Assembly (NCBI GenBank): GCA_021158465.1 | Contig: JAGGUN010000027.1 | Location: 369 to 64,368 of the forward strand | Length of the DNA stretch: 64,000 nucleotides | Direction: 5' to 3' | DNA from: a bacterium | Lineage (GTDB): Bacteria; UBP14; UBA6098; 4484-93 | Part shown: positions 49,070 through 60,167 of the stretch, in pieces | How the letters are laid out: the number at the start of each line of letters is the position of its first letter | How positions within the stretch are numbered: the stretch's first letter is position 1 | Position numbers and translations under genes: made by a program | Notes under the pieces: generated by a model | What the model was told of the DNA's origin: nothing | The model's database searches: none | Seen by the model: only the letters and a program-made list of their open reading frames with translations

Positions 49070-49864
49070 CCTATTCGGGAGCTTACCTGTCGCCTGACCG
49101 AGAAGACGCTTGAACCTTAGCGCATCACCCGCCGCTTGACCATTGGTGCAGTTGTTGAAAAAAACAAAAAACTTCTCCGCCTTTTCCTCCAATCCGCCGA
49201 TATCGGAGACAAAGACAGCAAGCTCACTATCTGAGTATGAATAGTCATACCGCGCCTTTTCACCATCATACCAGTGGTTGCTTCTGCCGTGCAGTCTGAG
49301 GTACCCAAGATTCGATGCTACCTTCGGTATGTACGGGAAAAGCCTTGGAAGCGGCGGCTCATCAACAATGCAGTAGCCTATGCCCTTATCCCTTAAAAAT
49401 TCGAACGACCGCTCCTGCGCCCAGCTCGGGTTCCTGAACTCAACAACGAGAGGAAAAGGAGATAGTTTCTCTTTCAGAAGCTCGAGATAATCGAGCGACT
49501 TCTGCGAGAAGAAGAAATCCGGCGGCATCTGGGCAAGAAAGGCAGCGAGGCGTCCCGTCCCACCAAACGGCGAGAAAGAATCCTTGAACCTGTCAAGCTT
49601 CGGCTGAAGAGGACCAACAGTCCGCTCGTGTGTGAGACCCCTGTGGAGCTTGACAGTGAAGACAAAATCATCCGATGTCCGAGAAAGCATCGCCTCAAAC
49701 GAACGAGGCGAGGGAACAGAGTAGAACGTAAAGTTCAACTCCACACAGTCAAAACCAAGCACCTGCTCGTAATAGGTGAGAGCATCTTCACCCTTAATAT
49801 CTGGTGGATAAACTATCCCCTTCCAATCGGGGAACAGGAAACCGCTTGTGCCAACCCTTATCAT
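49061..49864 (-). CDS. DUF72 (UPF0759/YecE) family protein
   Basis: MIRVGTSGFLFPDWKGIVYP...LTYYEQVLGFDCVELNFTFYSVPS is the typical DUF72 N-terminus. The ATG overlaps the stop of the upstream cargo gene (ATGA). Confidence 0.75.
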   Translation of the reverse strand: MIRVGTSGFLFPDWKGIVYPPDIKGEDALTYYEQVLGFDCVELNFTFYSVPSPRSFEAMLSRTSDDFVFTVKLHRGLTHERTVGPLQPKLDRFKDSFSPFGGTGRLAAFLAQMPPDFFFSQKSLDYLELLKEKLSPFPLVVEFRNPSWAQERSFEFLRDKGIGYCIVDEPPLPRLFPYIPKVASNLGYLRLHGRSNHWYDGEKARYDYSYSDSELAVFVSDIGGLEEKAEKFFVFFNNCTNGQAAGDALRFKRLLGQATGKLPNRLF

Positions 49865-52557
49865 TTGAGAAGGAGAAGCCTCTTCACATCGGAAAAAGAT
49901 CCTGCCCTCATACGGCAGAAATAGACCCCAGAAGGCAGATTACCTGCATCCCATAGAACGGCATATCTCCCCGGTGCGGAGGGAGTCTGTCTGATGTCGG
50001 CAACCTTCTTACCCAGAATATCGAATATCTCAAGATGAACAGGAACAGCACCGGCAACCGTATACTCAATCCTGCAGACGGAGTTAAACGGATTCGGGAA
50101 AGCATCTTTCAGAGCAAATTCATAAGGTATACTCTCACCTACACCAAGCAATCTAAAATCGAGAAGAATTGCCGCAGTATCATACGGTTGAACAAGCTCG
50201 GTCTCACTGAGATAGACAAGCAGCGTCTCCGGCTCTGTATCTTCAACATAGACAACGGCACGCCCATCGGAGAACTCCGGGTCAGATGGAGTAAATCTTG
50301 CTGAACCGTCGGGGTTCCCCTCAAGCCAGTAAAGGTCAACAACACCATCATAAGGGAGAACCTCCTCACAGGATATATCCCTGATAGAGAAAACCAGAGA
50401 ATCGAGTGTGCTGTCAACCGAACAGACAGCTGGAACCTCATCCGGATAGACGAGTCCCAAAGAGATAAGCTCTGCATCATAGAAGATAGGCGATGGCTCA
50501 CCGTCAACAAGCGAGAAACTGATAGCGAGCGTCTCGGCATCGAGATTGGTGAACGCTATATGCCCGAAACCGGCTGTTATCGGAATGTAAGCCGTATCCA
50601 TATACGGCACAAAGGAGCCGTTCGGGTTCGATTCTGTAACAGAGAGAGCAACCGCTCCGCTCCAGAAGCTGTTTATTCCATCGTAAGTCATAAGTGCAAG
50701 CGTCCCCTCGACAGTCTCCCCCGCGATAAACCGCCCAGGGAGATCAAATGACACAAGAACCCCAGCACTCTCAAGACCCAAAAATGTCAGGGTCACCGGA
50801 GAGCTTGGCAGAAGAGAGCCTGTGGCACAAACATCTACCTCCTCCGCGACATCGTCGGAGATATAGAACAGTCCCATCCCGTTGGTAAGTGCAACCACTC
50901 CATCAGGCGGGATGACCTCGGCAGAGCCGGAAGCAGAGATGTTCACCAGCCCGGAGTAGGAGGTGTCTATCTCACCGGTCAGATTATTCACCGCACCAAC
51001 GGCAAGAGTAACGTCATCACCGACACGGAAGATACCCATACCGGACGAGAAAATCTTGTACTGATTCCCAGGCGACGACGACACACCGAAGAACTCAACC
51101 TCCCTCTCAACGGACTCATTGATATATCCACCCCCGAATATTCCGACCTCTCTTCTGTCCTTCGCAACAAGCGTCACACTTTGGGGGGTATCGGTTGTTA
51201 TGCCTACAAGACACTGCCCGTCCTCAAGCCAGATATATCCATCCGTCTCCTCATCGGAGTTGTGGTCGTAAAGTGTCAGGTCCACACCGTTCGCCTCGAG
51301 ATAATACCAGCCGGAGGCAGAAGCATCTACATTCCCCGCATAGTCTAAAATTCTCACTGTTGCAGGCAATTCACCTCCCACATACCAGCCAGCAGGAACA
51401 GATAGTCCGAGCCTTATTCCCCTTCCCTCAGGATAGAATGGTGAGCAGAAGATAAAAGGCGGGGCAAATGTTGAGTCGGAAAGCTCTATATCTACTATAA
51501 CACCGGCTGAATCGGGTTCTGTATCCTCGACGGCAAAACCACCAAAACCGCCTTCAAGCGTGAGCCAGCCGGCAGGTGAAACGGTCGCCGACTCCGAACC
51601 GGTTATATCAGTAATATGTGGGAGGAAATCGAGCTCACCATCAAAATGAACAGGCTCATACTCGCCCGACACAGTGAAAACAACGAATCTGTTCGGATAA
51701 CCGACTGTGCTCTGTGCACCGTAAGGAGAATATGCTGTAACGAGACACGGCTCATCGGGGGCGACGACGAGAACGGTAAACTCAGGAGAAGGAAGAAGCA
51801 TATCCTCCGAATCAGATACTGTCGAGTAAGCTTGAAGCCAGAGCGTCTCCGGTTCGCTGTCGGATATGGTAAAATAACCTGCACCTCCGAGCACCGTAAC
51901 ATCGACAGAATCACCAGACTCCCCGGAAAACAGGCTGGAAACAGCAGCAGAACCATCAGGATTGCTTTCCCTGAGAATCTTCACGGAGAAGATACCAGAA
52001 GCAAACCCCATCTCGCCCTCACGATAAGACGATGTAGGAACTCCCATAGCATCGACAGGCAAAACCCGATAGAAGGCAAAAGGCGAACCAGAAACAGGAT
52101 ACCTGTGTGAGCCATCGATTACAAGAGAAGTGGCATCTCCACCAGATGATAAGAACCTAAACGGGAAATAAGTTGATGGGGTAATCCTACCCCTCAAGTC
52201 GTAAACACGCACAAGGATATACTCTGCCTCCGTGTCGCCCATAAAGAGAAACGCTTCTCCTTCATCGAGTGTAACCTCATCAACAGGCGTGGAGAAATCC
52301 GGTGGAACAAAGAACTCAACACTGCCGTCAGGGTTCTCCTCTACTACATCGAAGGCAACACTGCCGGAGAAACTCGTATCCGTCTCTCCAGACAACCCCC
52401 TCGCAGAGACAATAATTATCGCCATATCACCACAGACAACCCGCTGTGTGAGGCTCGTAAGCGTCAAGTAACTCGCAGAAACAGTATCCGGCGGAGCGGA
52501 AAAGGCAGAGGAAAGATAAAAAAGCGACACAGAAAAAACCAGAAATACCTTCATCAT
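49861..52557 (-). CDS. Large secreted T9SS cargo protein (about 898 aa), hypothetical
   Basis: Start at ATG 52557 with a perfect SD (TAGGAGG, 7 nt, ATGATG). Signal peptide MMKVFLVFSVSLFYLSSAFSA. C-terminal Por secretion tail FPNPFNSVCRIEYTVAGAVPVHLEIFDILGKKV...SGVYFCRMRAGSFSDVKRLLLLK. Confidence 0.65.
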   Translation of the reverse strand: MMKVFLVFSVSLFYLSSAFSAPPDTVSASYLTLTSLTQRVVCGDMAIIIVSARGLSGETDTSFSGSVAFDVVEENPDGSVEFFVPPDFSTPVDEVTLDEGEAFLFMGDTEAEYILVRVYDLRGRITPSTYFPFRFLSSGGDATSLVIDGSHRYPVSGSPFAFYRVLPVDAMGVPTSSYREGEMGFASGIFSVKILRESNPDGSAAVSSLFSGESGDSVDVTVLGGAGYFTISDSEPETLWLQAYSTVSDSEDMLLPSPEFTVLVVAPDEPCLVTAYSPYGAQSTVGYPNRFVVFTVSGEYEPVHFDGELDFLPHITDITGSESATVSPAGWLTLEGGFGGFAVEDTEPDSAGVIVDIELSDSTFAPPFIFCSPFYPEGRGIRLGLSVPAGWYVGGELPATVRILDYAGNVDASASGWYYLEANGVDLTLYDHNSDEETDGYIWLEDGQCLVGITTDTPQSVTLVAKDRREVGIFGGGYINESVEREVEFFGVSSSPGNQYKIFSSGMGIFRVGDDVTLAVGAVNNLTGEIDTSYSGLVNISASGSAEVIPPDGVVALTNGMGLFYISDDVAEEVDVCATGSLLPSSPVTLTFLGLESAGVLVSFDLPGRFIAGETVEGTLALMTYDGINSFWSGAVALSVTESNPNGSFVPYMDTAYIPITAGFGHIAFTNLDAETLAISFSLVDGEPSPIFYDAELISLGLVYPDEVPAVCSVDSTLDSLVFSIRDISCEEVLPYDGVVDLYWLEGNPDGSARFTPSDPEFSDGRAVVYVEDTEPETLLVYLSETELVQPYDTAAILLDFRLLGVGESIPYEFALKDAFPNPFNSVCRIEYTVAGAVPVHLEIFDILGKKVADIRQTPSAPGRYAVLWDAGNLPSGVYFCRMRAGSFSDVKRLLLLK

Positions 52558-52567
52558 AATATACCTC

Positions 52568-53692
52568 CTATCCATAGATTCTTGAGTACTCCTCGAGCGA
52601 ATTTTCAACAAATAAGCGAACATTCTCGATGAAGTTTTTCTTGTCAAAACGGAGGACAGAGTTCCGCAAAAGCTCTGGCTCAAAGCTATACGGGTCAAAA
52701 TTCCTTATAACATCAACAATATCCTCTGTTCTTTGATGTGCAAAAAACTTGCCTGTTTTGCCAGGGAGAACGGTCTCAAGGACGCCTCCCTTCCCATATG
52801 CTATAACCGGTCTACCAGTAGCCAACGCCTCCACAGCCGTTATCCCAAAGTCCTCCTCCTGCGGAAAGATAAGCGCCTTCGCACGAGAGATCACCCTATA
52901 TTTCCCCTCATCAGAAAGCCAACCGGTGAACTCAACATTCGATGGCGCACAACGCCTAAGTTTCTTTTCCTCCTGACCCGAACCTATTATAACAAGCTTC
53001 TCATCAGGAAGATACCGAAAAGCATCCAACACAAGGTCAACCTTCTTGTAAGGAACAAGCCTCGACACAAGCACATAATAGTCGTCGATACCATCGGAGA
53101 GAGGAATCCCGTCAATATTCACAGGCGGATATATTACCTTGCTCTCCCTATTGTAGTATTTTTTTATCCTCCTTCTGACATTTTCGGAGTTTGCAATAAA
53201 GTAGTCGACCCGCTGGGCGGACAGATAGTCCCACATACGAAGATAATGAAATATATATGAGTAAGCAAGCTTCCTCGGAATATTCTTTGCATAAAACCCC
53301 TTATACTGGTAATAGAGTTCCCACGCCTGTCTCATAGGTGTATGGCAATAGCAGATATGGCAGGTCTCCTTCCGTGTCAAGACGCCCTTCGCCCAAAGGT
53401 ATGAAGATGATATGACAAGGTCATACTGCTCCAAGCGGAACTGTTCCACAGCAGCCGGATAAAGCAAAAGAAAATACTTATAGAGCCTTTTCTTGAACGG
53501 GATATACCTTGACCAACCAAGCTCAGTTATCTTCCAACTCTTGAACTCATCTGGCAGATTCTCCGGAATATAGATTATGCTGTACACATCACTGTCTGGG
53601 AATATGTCGTGCAGAGCGAGAAGAACCCTCTCAGCTCCGCCATACTCAGTCAGAAAATCGTGTATTAAAGCAACCCTCATCGCGCTAAACAT
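52568..53692 (-). CDS. Glycosyltransferase family 4
   Basis: MRVALIHDFLTEYGGAERV... N-terminus and GT4 E-x7-E motif EDFGITAVEALATGRPVIAY. Start at ATG 53692 overlaps the upstream stop (TAATG). Confidence 0.75.
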   Translation of the reverse strand: MFSAMRVALIHDFLTEYGGAERVLLALHDIFPDSDVYSIIYIPENLPDEFKSWKITELGWSRYIPFKKRLYKYFLLLYPAAVEQFRLEQYDLVISSSYLWAKGVLTRKETCHICYCHTPMRQAWELYYQYKGFYAKNIPRKLAYSYIFHYLRMWDYLSAQRVDYFIANSENVRRRIKKYYNRESKVIYPPVNIDGIPLSDGIDDYYVLVSRLVPYKKVDLVLDAFRYLPDEKLVIIGSGQEEKKLRRCAPSNVEFTGWLSDEGKYRVISRAKALIFPQEEDFGITAVEALATGRPVIAYGKGGVLETVLPGKTGKFFAHQRTEDIVDVIRNFDPYSFEPELLRNSVLRFDKKNFIENVRLFVENSLEEYSRIYG

Positions 53693-54876
53693 TAAATATA
53701 ATTCATCCGTCTTTCCTGTAAAGCATTTTCTATGACCTTGGAAATCTCTTCCAGACGCACTTCCCAAGAGTTCGCCTTTGCAAGAGCAATTCTCTTATTA
53801 CTCTTATCGGGCAACCTCTCCACAAGCGCTTCTCTTATATTCTCAACAAACTCATCGGAAGATCTACTTATATACACCAGATCCTGATAACCCTCAAGCG
53901 ACGGCAGGGAAGTCGCCACCACAGGCTTACCAGACGAAAGATACTCGAAGAGCTTCATAGGAAAAACAGAGAGCGTGTAATTATTCACGAGAAACGGAAT
54001 AAGACAAACATCAAACAGGCGAAGATAGGATGGAAGAACAGAATAATCCCTTTTGCCCAGAAGATAGATGTTGGAGAGATTAAGCATTGTTCTTCCTTTT
54101 CCCTCATCTGTCAACCCGACGGGTCCGATGAGGACAAAACTGACATCTGGGAGCCTCTCTGCCGCATACCGGACAAGAGAAAAATCGAATTTGTAGTCGT
54201 CCATTGCACCGAAGAAGCCTGCAATCGGGCGAGGAATACTCTTCATATCATCGGGTAGAGGCAAATCCTCCCGCGAACGCGAGAAATGGTGGTAATCCGC
54301 AACATTTGTCATAAGATAGATCCTTGGAGAGTATCTCTTCTTTGCATCCAAAAGAGACGAGGATGTAACAATGGTTATATCCGCGGACGAGAGAAATTTC
54401 CTCTCCATTTCTGTTATTCTATCCGATACTCCCGGGAATTGAGAGATGTCATCGACACAGTGGTAGAGCGTCAGCTTCTCGCCGAGCTTGCCACAGAGGA
54501 AGCAGCCGTTGGGCAGATAGCTCCAGAGGATCGGTGAAGAGAAGCGGAGCATTTGCTGGAGCAATTTTATATACATCATCAACAGCCAGTGATTTATCCG
54601 GTTTATCGCCGGACTATCATAGTAAGGAAGAATAACAGGAGAAAAGACATATACATTCCTCTGTGGCTTTTGGACAACGCCAAAAAACCTAAGTAGCCTC
54701 CGTATTATTCTCCTTATATCCCTTGAGGATGGAACAGGTCTCCTCAGACCAAGCGATTCGATATAGAGAACCCTGTTGCACTCAGCCAGCCGAGATGCAA
54801 TATGCTGCTTGTTTGTCCACAATGTCGCATCCCAGTCCGCAGAGGAAAGGATAATTATGTTCTCTCCTCGTATCAT
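53692..54876 (-). CDS. Glycosyltransferase (GT4-like, TuaH-like architecture)
   Basis: C-terminal GT-B motif VFPMKLFEYLSSGKPVVATSLPSL. N-terminal non-catalytic domain MIRGENIIILSSADWDATLW. Confidence 0.6.
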   Translation of the reverse strand: MIRGENIIILSSADWDATLWTNKQHIASRLAECNRVLYIESLGLRRPVPSSRDIRRIIRRLLRFFGVVQKPQRNVYVFSPVILPYYDSPAINRINHWLLMMYIKLLQQMLRFSSPILWSYLPNGCFLCGKLGEKLTLYHCVDDISQFPGVSDRITEMERKFLSSADITIVTSSSLLDAKKRYSPRIYLMTNVADYHHFSRSREDLPLPDDMKSIPRPIAGFFGAMDDYKFDFSLVRYAAERLPDVSFVLIGPVGLTDEGKGRTMLNLSNIYLLGKRDYSVLPSYLRLFDVCLIPFLVNNYTLSVFPMKLFEYLSSGKPVVATSLPSLEGYQDLVYISRSSDEFVENIREALVERLPDKSNKRIALAKANSWEVRLEEISKVIENALQERRMNYI

Positions 54877-55955
54877 TGTAGCACCTTCCCCCAGAAATAA
54901 GGGAAACTCTTCTCCGGCAGGAACTTCTCCTGATAGATCCTCCTCGCCCTGATGGAAAACTGCCGCCTTAAATAAGGATTACTTAGAAGAAGATATATCT
55001 TATTGTAAAGAGCTTCCTTATCCCCTACTGGGACAAGAAAACCTGACTTACCATCCACGACGACCTCGGATATTCCTCCAACATCCGTGGCAACAACCGG
55101 GATACCATATCCTGCTGCCTCAACAAGCGAAAGCGGGATCCCCTCCTGCAACGAGGGAAGCACCACAATCGTTGCAATAGCGTAAACATTTTGTATGTCT
55201 TCTACAAATCCAAGAAACTCGACATTCCTATCGAGATTAAGCTGGTTTACATACAGTTCAAGGAAATCTCTCCTGTCACCATCACCTGCAATAATAAGTT
55301 TTGTATCGGGGAAAGAGCGTATAATCAGTGGCAGAATATCAAGAACTACCTCTATGTTCTTTTCCTTCGACAGACGAGAAACAACTGCAATCGTTGGAAA
55401 CCGCTCCTTCCTTTCAATCGGATGAAGTGCAACACCAACTGATGCAAGGGAAATCTTACCTCTCGATAGACCCAACGCTATAAACCTTCTCCTACTCCTG
55501 TCCGAGAAGGTTATAACCCTCTTTGCTCGTGAAGCAGCTTTCCTATAAAGCATCATCGCAAAAGGGTTCTTTACGAATGCAGCAGGAGGAGGCGCATGCT
55601 CAACCCAGATAACCGGTACTCCAAGAGAAAAGGCGGGCAAAGATGCAAGAAGTTGCTCCTTCTTGTACTGCAAGATAACAATGTCAAACCCTTCTTCAAG
55701 CAGTCTCTTTATCCTCTTTTGGTAAAATCTCCACCCGATGATAAGGTCGAGAATTGTCTTTCTGCCAAGCTTCGGACCTATATCGAATATCCGCTTCTCA
55801 ACAGGCACATTATCCGGGATAAGCGAAAGCAGATGCGGCTTTGCAGCAATGGTCAGTTTTCCTTTTTCCTGCGGGAAGAATCCGATAGATTCAATGACAA
55901 ATTTCTCTGCCCCGCCAACGGTATCTGTATTCAATATCCAGATGATTCGTCTCAT
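54873..55955 (-). CDS. Glycosyltransferase family 4
   Basis: MRRIIWILNTDTVGGAEKF... and LPSLQEGIPLSLVEAAGYGIPVVATDVGGISEVV. Confidence 0.75.
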   Translation of the reverse strand: MRRIIWILNTDTVGGAEKFVIESIGFFPQEKGKLTIAAKPHLLSLIPDNVPVEKRIFDIGPKLGRKTILDLIIGWRFYQKRIKRLLEEGFDIVILQYKKEQLLASLPAFSLGVPVIWVEHAPPPAAFVKNPFAMMLYRKAASRAKRVITFSDRSRRRFIALGLSRGKISLASVGVALHPIERKERFPTIAVVSRLSKEKNIEVVLDILPLIIRSFPDTKLIIAGDGDRRDFLELYVNQLNLDRNVEFLGFVEDIQNVYAIATIVVLPSLQEGIPLSLVEAAGYGIPVVATDVGGISEVVVDGKSGFLVPVGDKEALYNKIYLLLSNPYLRRQFSIRARRIYQEKFLPEKSFPYFWGKVLQ

Positions 55956-57163
55956 CTACCGCCCTCGATAAGGTAGCCCAATATATCGGCAAGACGCTTA
56001 GCCTGATTTTTCCTGTTAAATCTCTCGTATACTTTTGGGTCAGGGGAAAACTCACAGGATTCTATCATCTTTGATAACTTATCCGCAATATCGGCTACAT
56101 CGCTACATCTTGCTACGATGCCGAGGTTGTATCTCTCAATCAATTCCTTTGCCTCATTCTTTTCTGGCAAGAGAGCGAATATCGGTCGGCGTGCACCGAT
56201 ATACTCGAAGAGCTTCGATGGCAAGAGTTGACCACAGGACTGACAATCGGGCACCATAAGTAAAAAAGCGGAGGCTTGTTCCATCACACGGTATATTTCA
56301 CTGTGCGGACGAGGAGAAAGCGATTTCACTATCTCTCCAAGATCTTCTTTCTTAACCAGCCTGCTAAATTCATCTGTTGTCTGCCCGACAAACAGAGCCT
56401 CAAAGTTATCTTTCGTTAATATTCCTTTTCTCTTGAGCTTGCTTACAGCAAGCAGGAGATTATCCGCTCTCATCGTCCGGGAAATTGTGCCTGTATAGAG
56501 CATAGAAAACTTACCCGATTGACCAAGCCTCTTATCGCCGAAATCATCGGGGTCAAACCCGTTCGGGATAAAGACAACCTTCTCAGCAATATTATACTTC
56601 GAGATAAAATAGTCCGCTATACCCCTCATCGCAGTCAGGATGACATCTGCATTCTCCGCGATAGATTGCTCGAGCCTGGCATCATATCTTCTCCTCCAGA
56701 ACGGGGCAGAATAAAAAGGATGCGATAAGAACCCATCACGGAAGTCAGCTACCCAAGGAATACCAAACCTCTGTTTTAATTGTAGAGCGACCCAGTGAGC
56801 AGTCGGGAGTGGGTGAGTTGAAAAGATTATATCGATTCGGTTCTCCCTGAACGCCTTCTTCGCCAGACGAAGATATCTTAGGTTACGCAGGGGTTTCCCA
56901 ATTGAGCTAATATTATCAATCGATGGGGATAATCGATAAATTGTTGCCTCCCTCACGTCGTCAAGGAGGGATTCGTCGATATAGGCTCTCTTGAAGTAGC
57001 CCTTATCGAGTGAGACAATAACAGGTTGGTAGCCGAACTCTGGCAGGTACTTTACGAACTTTGCCATCCTGATTGTTCCAGCACCTCCAACAGGCGGAGC
57101 AGAAGCAGATATAACAAGTAGACCAAGCATTTCCCACCTCAGCCGAAATACTGCCTCATCCAC
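55952..57163 (-). CDS. Glycosyltransferase (GT4-like)
   Basis: VISASAPPVGGAGTIRMAKFVKYL (N-terminal GT4 Gly-rich loop) and C-terminal LPSKLFEYIGARRPIFALL. Confidence 0.6.
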   Translation of the reverse strand: MDEAVFRLRWEMLGLLVISASAPPVGGAGTIRMAKFVKYLPEFGYQPVIVSLDKGYFKRAYIDESLLDDVREATIYRLSPSIDNISSIGKPLRNLRYLRLAKKAFRENRIDIIFSTHPLPTAHWVALQLKQRFGIPWVADFRDGFLSHPFYSAPFWRRRYDARLEQSIAENADVILTAMRGIADYFISKYNIAEKVVFIPNGFDPDDFGDKRLGQSGKFSMLYTGTISRTMRADNLLLAVSKLKRKGILTKDNFEALFVGQTTDEFSRLVKKEDLGEIVKSLSPRPHSEIYRVMEQASAFLLMVPDCQSCGQLLPSKLFEYIGARRPIFALLPEKNEAKELIERYNLGIVARCSDVADIADKLSKMIESCEFSPDPKVYERFNRKNQAKRLADILGYLIEGGR

Positions 57164-59052
57164 AGCTCAAGGTTGAACAGTCTCCAGATATTCCCGGAGG
57201 GAATGCGAGACCGCCCTTCAACAAACGCCTCATAATACCCTCTCAGCTCGTCCGGATACACAAATTCCGAAATCCTCAGGTTCTTATCCGAGAAGATGTC
57301 CCGTATCCAGTCCCTCAGCTCGTCCTTGAGCCATATCTCTTGGGGCGTAACAAACCCCATCTTGTCCTTTCTATTCCTTATAATATCGGGTAATATTCCT
57401 CTCATCGCCTCACGCAGGACATACTTCGTCCAGCCGTTGTTTATCTTGAATACTGCCGGGAGCGAAAACACAAACTCGACAAGCCTGTAGTCGAGGAAAG
57501 GGAGGCGGGATTCAATAGAGTATGCCATCGAGCTTCTGTCCTCGAAACGGAGAAGTCTTGGCAAACTGTAAAAAAGTGTATCCTGCATAAGCTTCGTCTG
57601 AAGATTTCTTCTGTTCACCTGCTCGAGATAATGTCGGAAACGGATACTGTGCTTTCTTGCAAAATCCTCTCTGATGACCCCCGTAAGGCTTATCGGATTG
57701 AAGGCATCTCGTAGAAGGTTCTTCAGGGAGCTCGGCAGGAGGGTAAATCCTATAAATGCGAACTCGATATGAAGTTTCTTTTTGTTATTTTTTATATGTT
57801 CATAATAAAACGGGAACTCGTGCAGAAACTTCCCTATATGGGCTTCCCTGATGAGCTGTATTATAAATGTTCGGTAGTATGGTGCATATCCTGCGAGCAT
57901 CTCGTCGGAGCCCTGCCCATCGAGGACCACCTTGACGCCACATCTTCTGGCGAGCTTGAACACATTCCACTGGGCATACATACTCGTTCCACCTATCGGC
58001 TCATCCTGATGATAAATAAGACGGTCCATTTCTTCCAGCAGTTCATCAGATTTCGGGAATATCCAGTTTCGCTCAGCCCCTGTTATCTTGATTACAACAT
58101 TTGAGTATCTCCTCTCATCGAAGCGTGGGTCATCGAAGCAGGAGGAAAATGTTTTCAGATGTTCACCGACAAGCGATCTGTCGAGCAGATGCTCATCTAT
58201 GAGCAGTTTGTTTGCCACCATAACTACCGTCGATGAGTCAACTCCACCGGAGAGGCAAGCACCAACAGGCACATCAGAGCGCAGACGAAGCCTGACAGAA
58301 TCAAAAAAGAGCTCCCGCAACCGCTCGAATATCTCATCAGCATCAAGACCACCACAGATGGAACGAGAATTGTAGTCAAGCTCCCAGTATCTGTCAAAAC
58401 TTATACCACTCGAGTCCAGCAGAAGGTTTGTCCCAGGAGAAAGCTTTTTTATCCCCTTAAAGAATGTCTCATCGTTGTAGTCCAATCCCGCCCAGACGAG
58501 ATAGTCATATACTATTCCACTGTTTATAACCTTCGGAACATTCGGATGAACGATAAGAGACTTAATCTCCGAGGCGAAGAGAAAAATCTTACCATCTCTA
58601 AAGAAATAGAAAAGCGGTTTTATCCCGAGGCGGTCTCTCGAGAGGAAAAGCGTTTTCGCATCCTTATCCCATATAGCAAAAGCCCACATACCGTTGAAAC
58701 GCTTGACACAGTCCCTCCCCCACCTATCATATGCGGCAAGTATAACCTCTGTATCGGTTCTCGAGCGGAACTTATACCCCTCTTTCTCAAGCTCTTCCCG
58801 AAGCTCGATATAGTTGTATACCTCACCGTTGAGCACGATCGTGTATCTTCCATCGAGATACTGCATCGGCTGATGCCCGGCATCTGTCAGGTCGAGGATG
58901 GAAAGCCTCCTGTGTGCAAGACCGAGATTCTCGTCTATAAATATTCCGGCATCATCTGGTCCCCTGTGTATCAGGGTATCACGCATCCTGATAAGGAGCC
59001 TCCTGTCAACAGGAGAACCATCAAGATTAAATATACCTACTATTCCGCACAT
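57139..59052 (-). CDS. asnB: Asparagine synthase (glutamine-hydrolysing) family amidotransferase
   Basis: N-terminal nucleophile MCGIVGIF, GATase-2 domain, and PP-loop synthetase domain (ACLSGGVDSSTVV). In polysaccharide loci this class often amidates sugar uronates. Confidence 0.85.
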   Translation of the reverse strand: MCGIVGIFNLDGSPVDRRLLIRMRDTLIHRGPDDAGIFIDENLGLAHRRLSILDLTDAGHQPMQYLDGRYTIVLNGEVYNYIELREELEKEGYKFRSRTDTEVILAAYDRWGRDCVKRFNGMWAFAIWDKDAKTLFLSRDRLGIKPLFYFFRDGKIFLFASEIKSLIVHPNVPKVINSGIVYDYLVWAGLDYNDETFFKGIKKLSPGTNLLLDSSGISFDRYWELDYNSRSICGGLDADEIFERLRELFFDSVRLRLRSDVPVGACLSGGVDSSTVVMVANKLLIDEHLLDRSLVGEHLKTFSSCFDDPRFDERRYSNVVIKITGAERNWIFPKSDELLEEMDRLIYHQDEPIGGTSMYAQWNVFKLARRCGVKVVLDGQGSDEMLAGYAPYYRTFIIQLIREAHIGKFLHEFPFYYEHIKNNKKKLHIEFAFIGFTLLPSSLKNLLRDAFNPISLTGVIREDFARKHSIRFRHYLEQVNRRNLQTKLMQDTLFYSLPRLLRFEDRSSMAYSIESRLPFLDYRLVEFVFSLPAVFKINNGWTKYVLREAMRGILPDIIRNRKDKMGFVTPQEIWLKDELRDWIRDIFSDKNLRISEFVYPDELRGYYEAFVEGRSRIPSGNIWRLFNLELWMRQYFG

Positions 59053-60167
59053 CCGAGAACCCTTTCATATAGTTCAAGTAATTTCTTCTCCTCATTTTCC
59101 CAGCAGAAAAGATGCTTCTTCTCGTGCATATTCCTCTTAACAAGATTGTAGAAATTCCTATCGAAGGCAAGACGCTTTACAGCGGAGACGACAGCATCCG
59201 TATCGTTCGGGTCAACGGCTGCTCCAAAGCCATATTTCTCAACAAATTTCTTCATCTCAGGGGCATCGGAAACGACCATAGGCAGTTCCGCAAGTATGAA
59301 ATCGAAGAACTTGTTGGGCAGGCTAAAGTGTATATCAACATCGTTTGTATCGGGTAGATAAAATCCGATGTCCGCAGATGCTGTCGCCTCGAGAAGCTCA
59401 TATTCCGGCTCGAGGAAACCGAGGTAAAACACATTTCCACCGGCAAACCTCTCAAGCATAGCAGGTCCAGCAAGAGCCAGAACAAAAGGCTTGCCAACAA
59501 GATGGGCAATCTTTACCATCCTTTCAATCCCACGGGATGGGCTATATCCTCCCTGATGGAAGAGGATTATACTTTCATCCGGCAAGCCGAGTTGCTCCCT
59601 TATAAAGTCGCATTTCTTGACCTCCGTATATTCCCTCGTGTTCAAAATGGAAAGAGGAGTCCTCTCGAGACGATGCACCCTTTTTAGTTCCTGTGCCAGA
59701 AGACCGCTAACGGTAATAACAGCATCTGCTTTCCCAATGTATTTTCTCTCACCCATTCTGGCGAAGGTATACGCAATATTGTATTTTAAGCTACGCTTTG
59801 TCCTCGGCTTGAAGAATACATCGTGTGCATCGTAAATAAGCTTCGCATTATCCCTTTTTGCAAGCCTATATCCAAACGGCAGTGTCGGGGCGTCGTGGCA
59901 ATGATACAAATCAAAATGCTTATCCTTGAAAAAACGATACAATGTTTTTATCGCTGCAATCCTCTTGTGTGGATAAAGCGATGTTGGAAACGCGTCATCG
60001 AATATCCTGTATACTATGAAATTTCCCTTATCCTCAAAACTCGATTGACTCTCCCTTTTACCCATAACAATCGTAACATCATATCTCTTCGAAAGGCTTC
60101 TTGCCTCCTTCCAGACACGATAGTCTACATCCTCTCTGGAGAAAAGTAGCATAGCAACAGTCTTCAT
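59040..60167 (-). CDS. Glycosyltransferase family 4
   Basis: Start at ATG 60167, immediately after the upstream stop, gives MKTVAMLLFSREDVDYRVWKEARSL.... C-terminal GT-B motifs are present. The ORF-track 58-aa Cys-rich N-terminal extension overlaps the PHP gene and is rejected. Confidence 0.65.
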   Translation of the reverse strand: MKTVAMLLFSREDVDYRVWKEARSLSKRYDVTIVMGKRESQSSFEDKGNFIVYRIFDDAFPTSLYPHKRIAAIKTLYRFFKDKHFDLYHCHDAPTLPFGYRLAKRDNAKLIYDAHDVFFKPRTKRSLKYNIAYTFARMGERKYIGKADAVITVSGLLAQELKRVHRLERTPLSILNTREYTEVKKCDFIREQLGLPDESIILFHQGGYSPSRGIERMVKIAHLVGKPFVLALAGPAMLERFAGGNVFYLGFLEPEYELLEATASADIGFYLPDTNDVDIHFSLPNKFFDFILAELPMVVSDAPEMKKFVEKYGFGAAVDPNDTDAVVSAVKRLAFDRNFYNLVKRNMHEKKHLFCWENEEKKLLELYERVLGCAE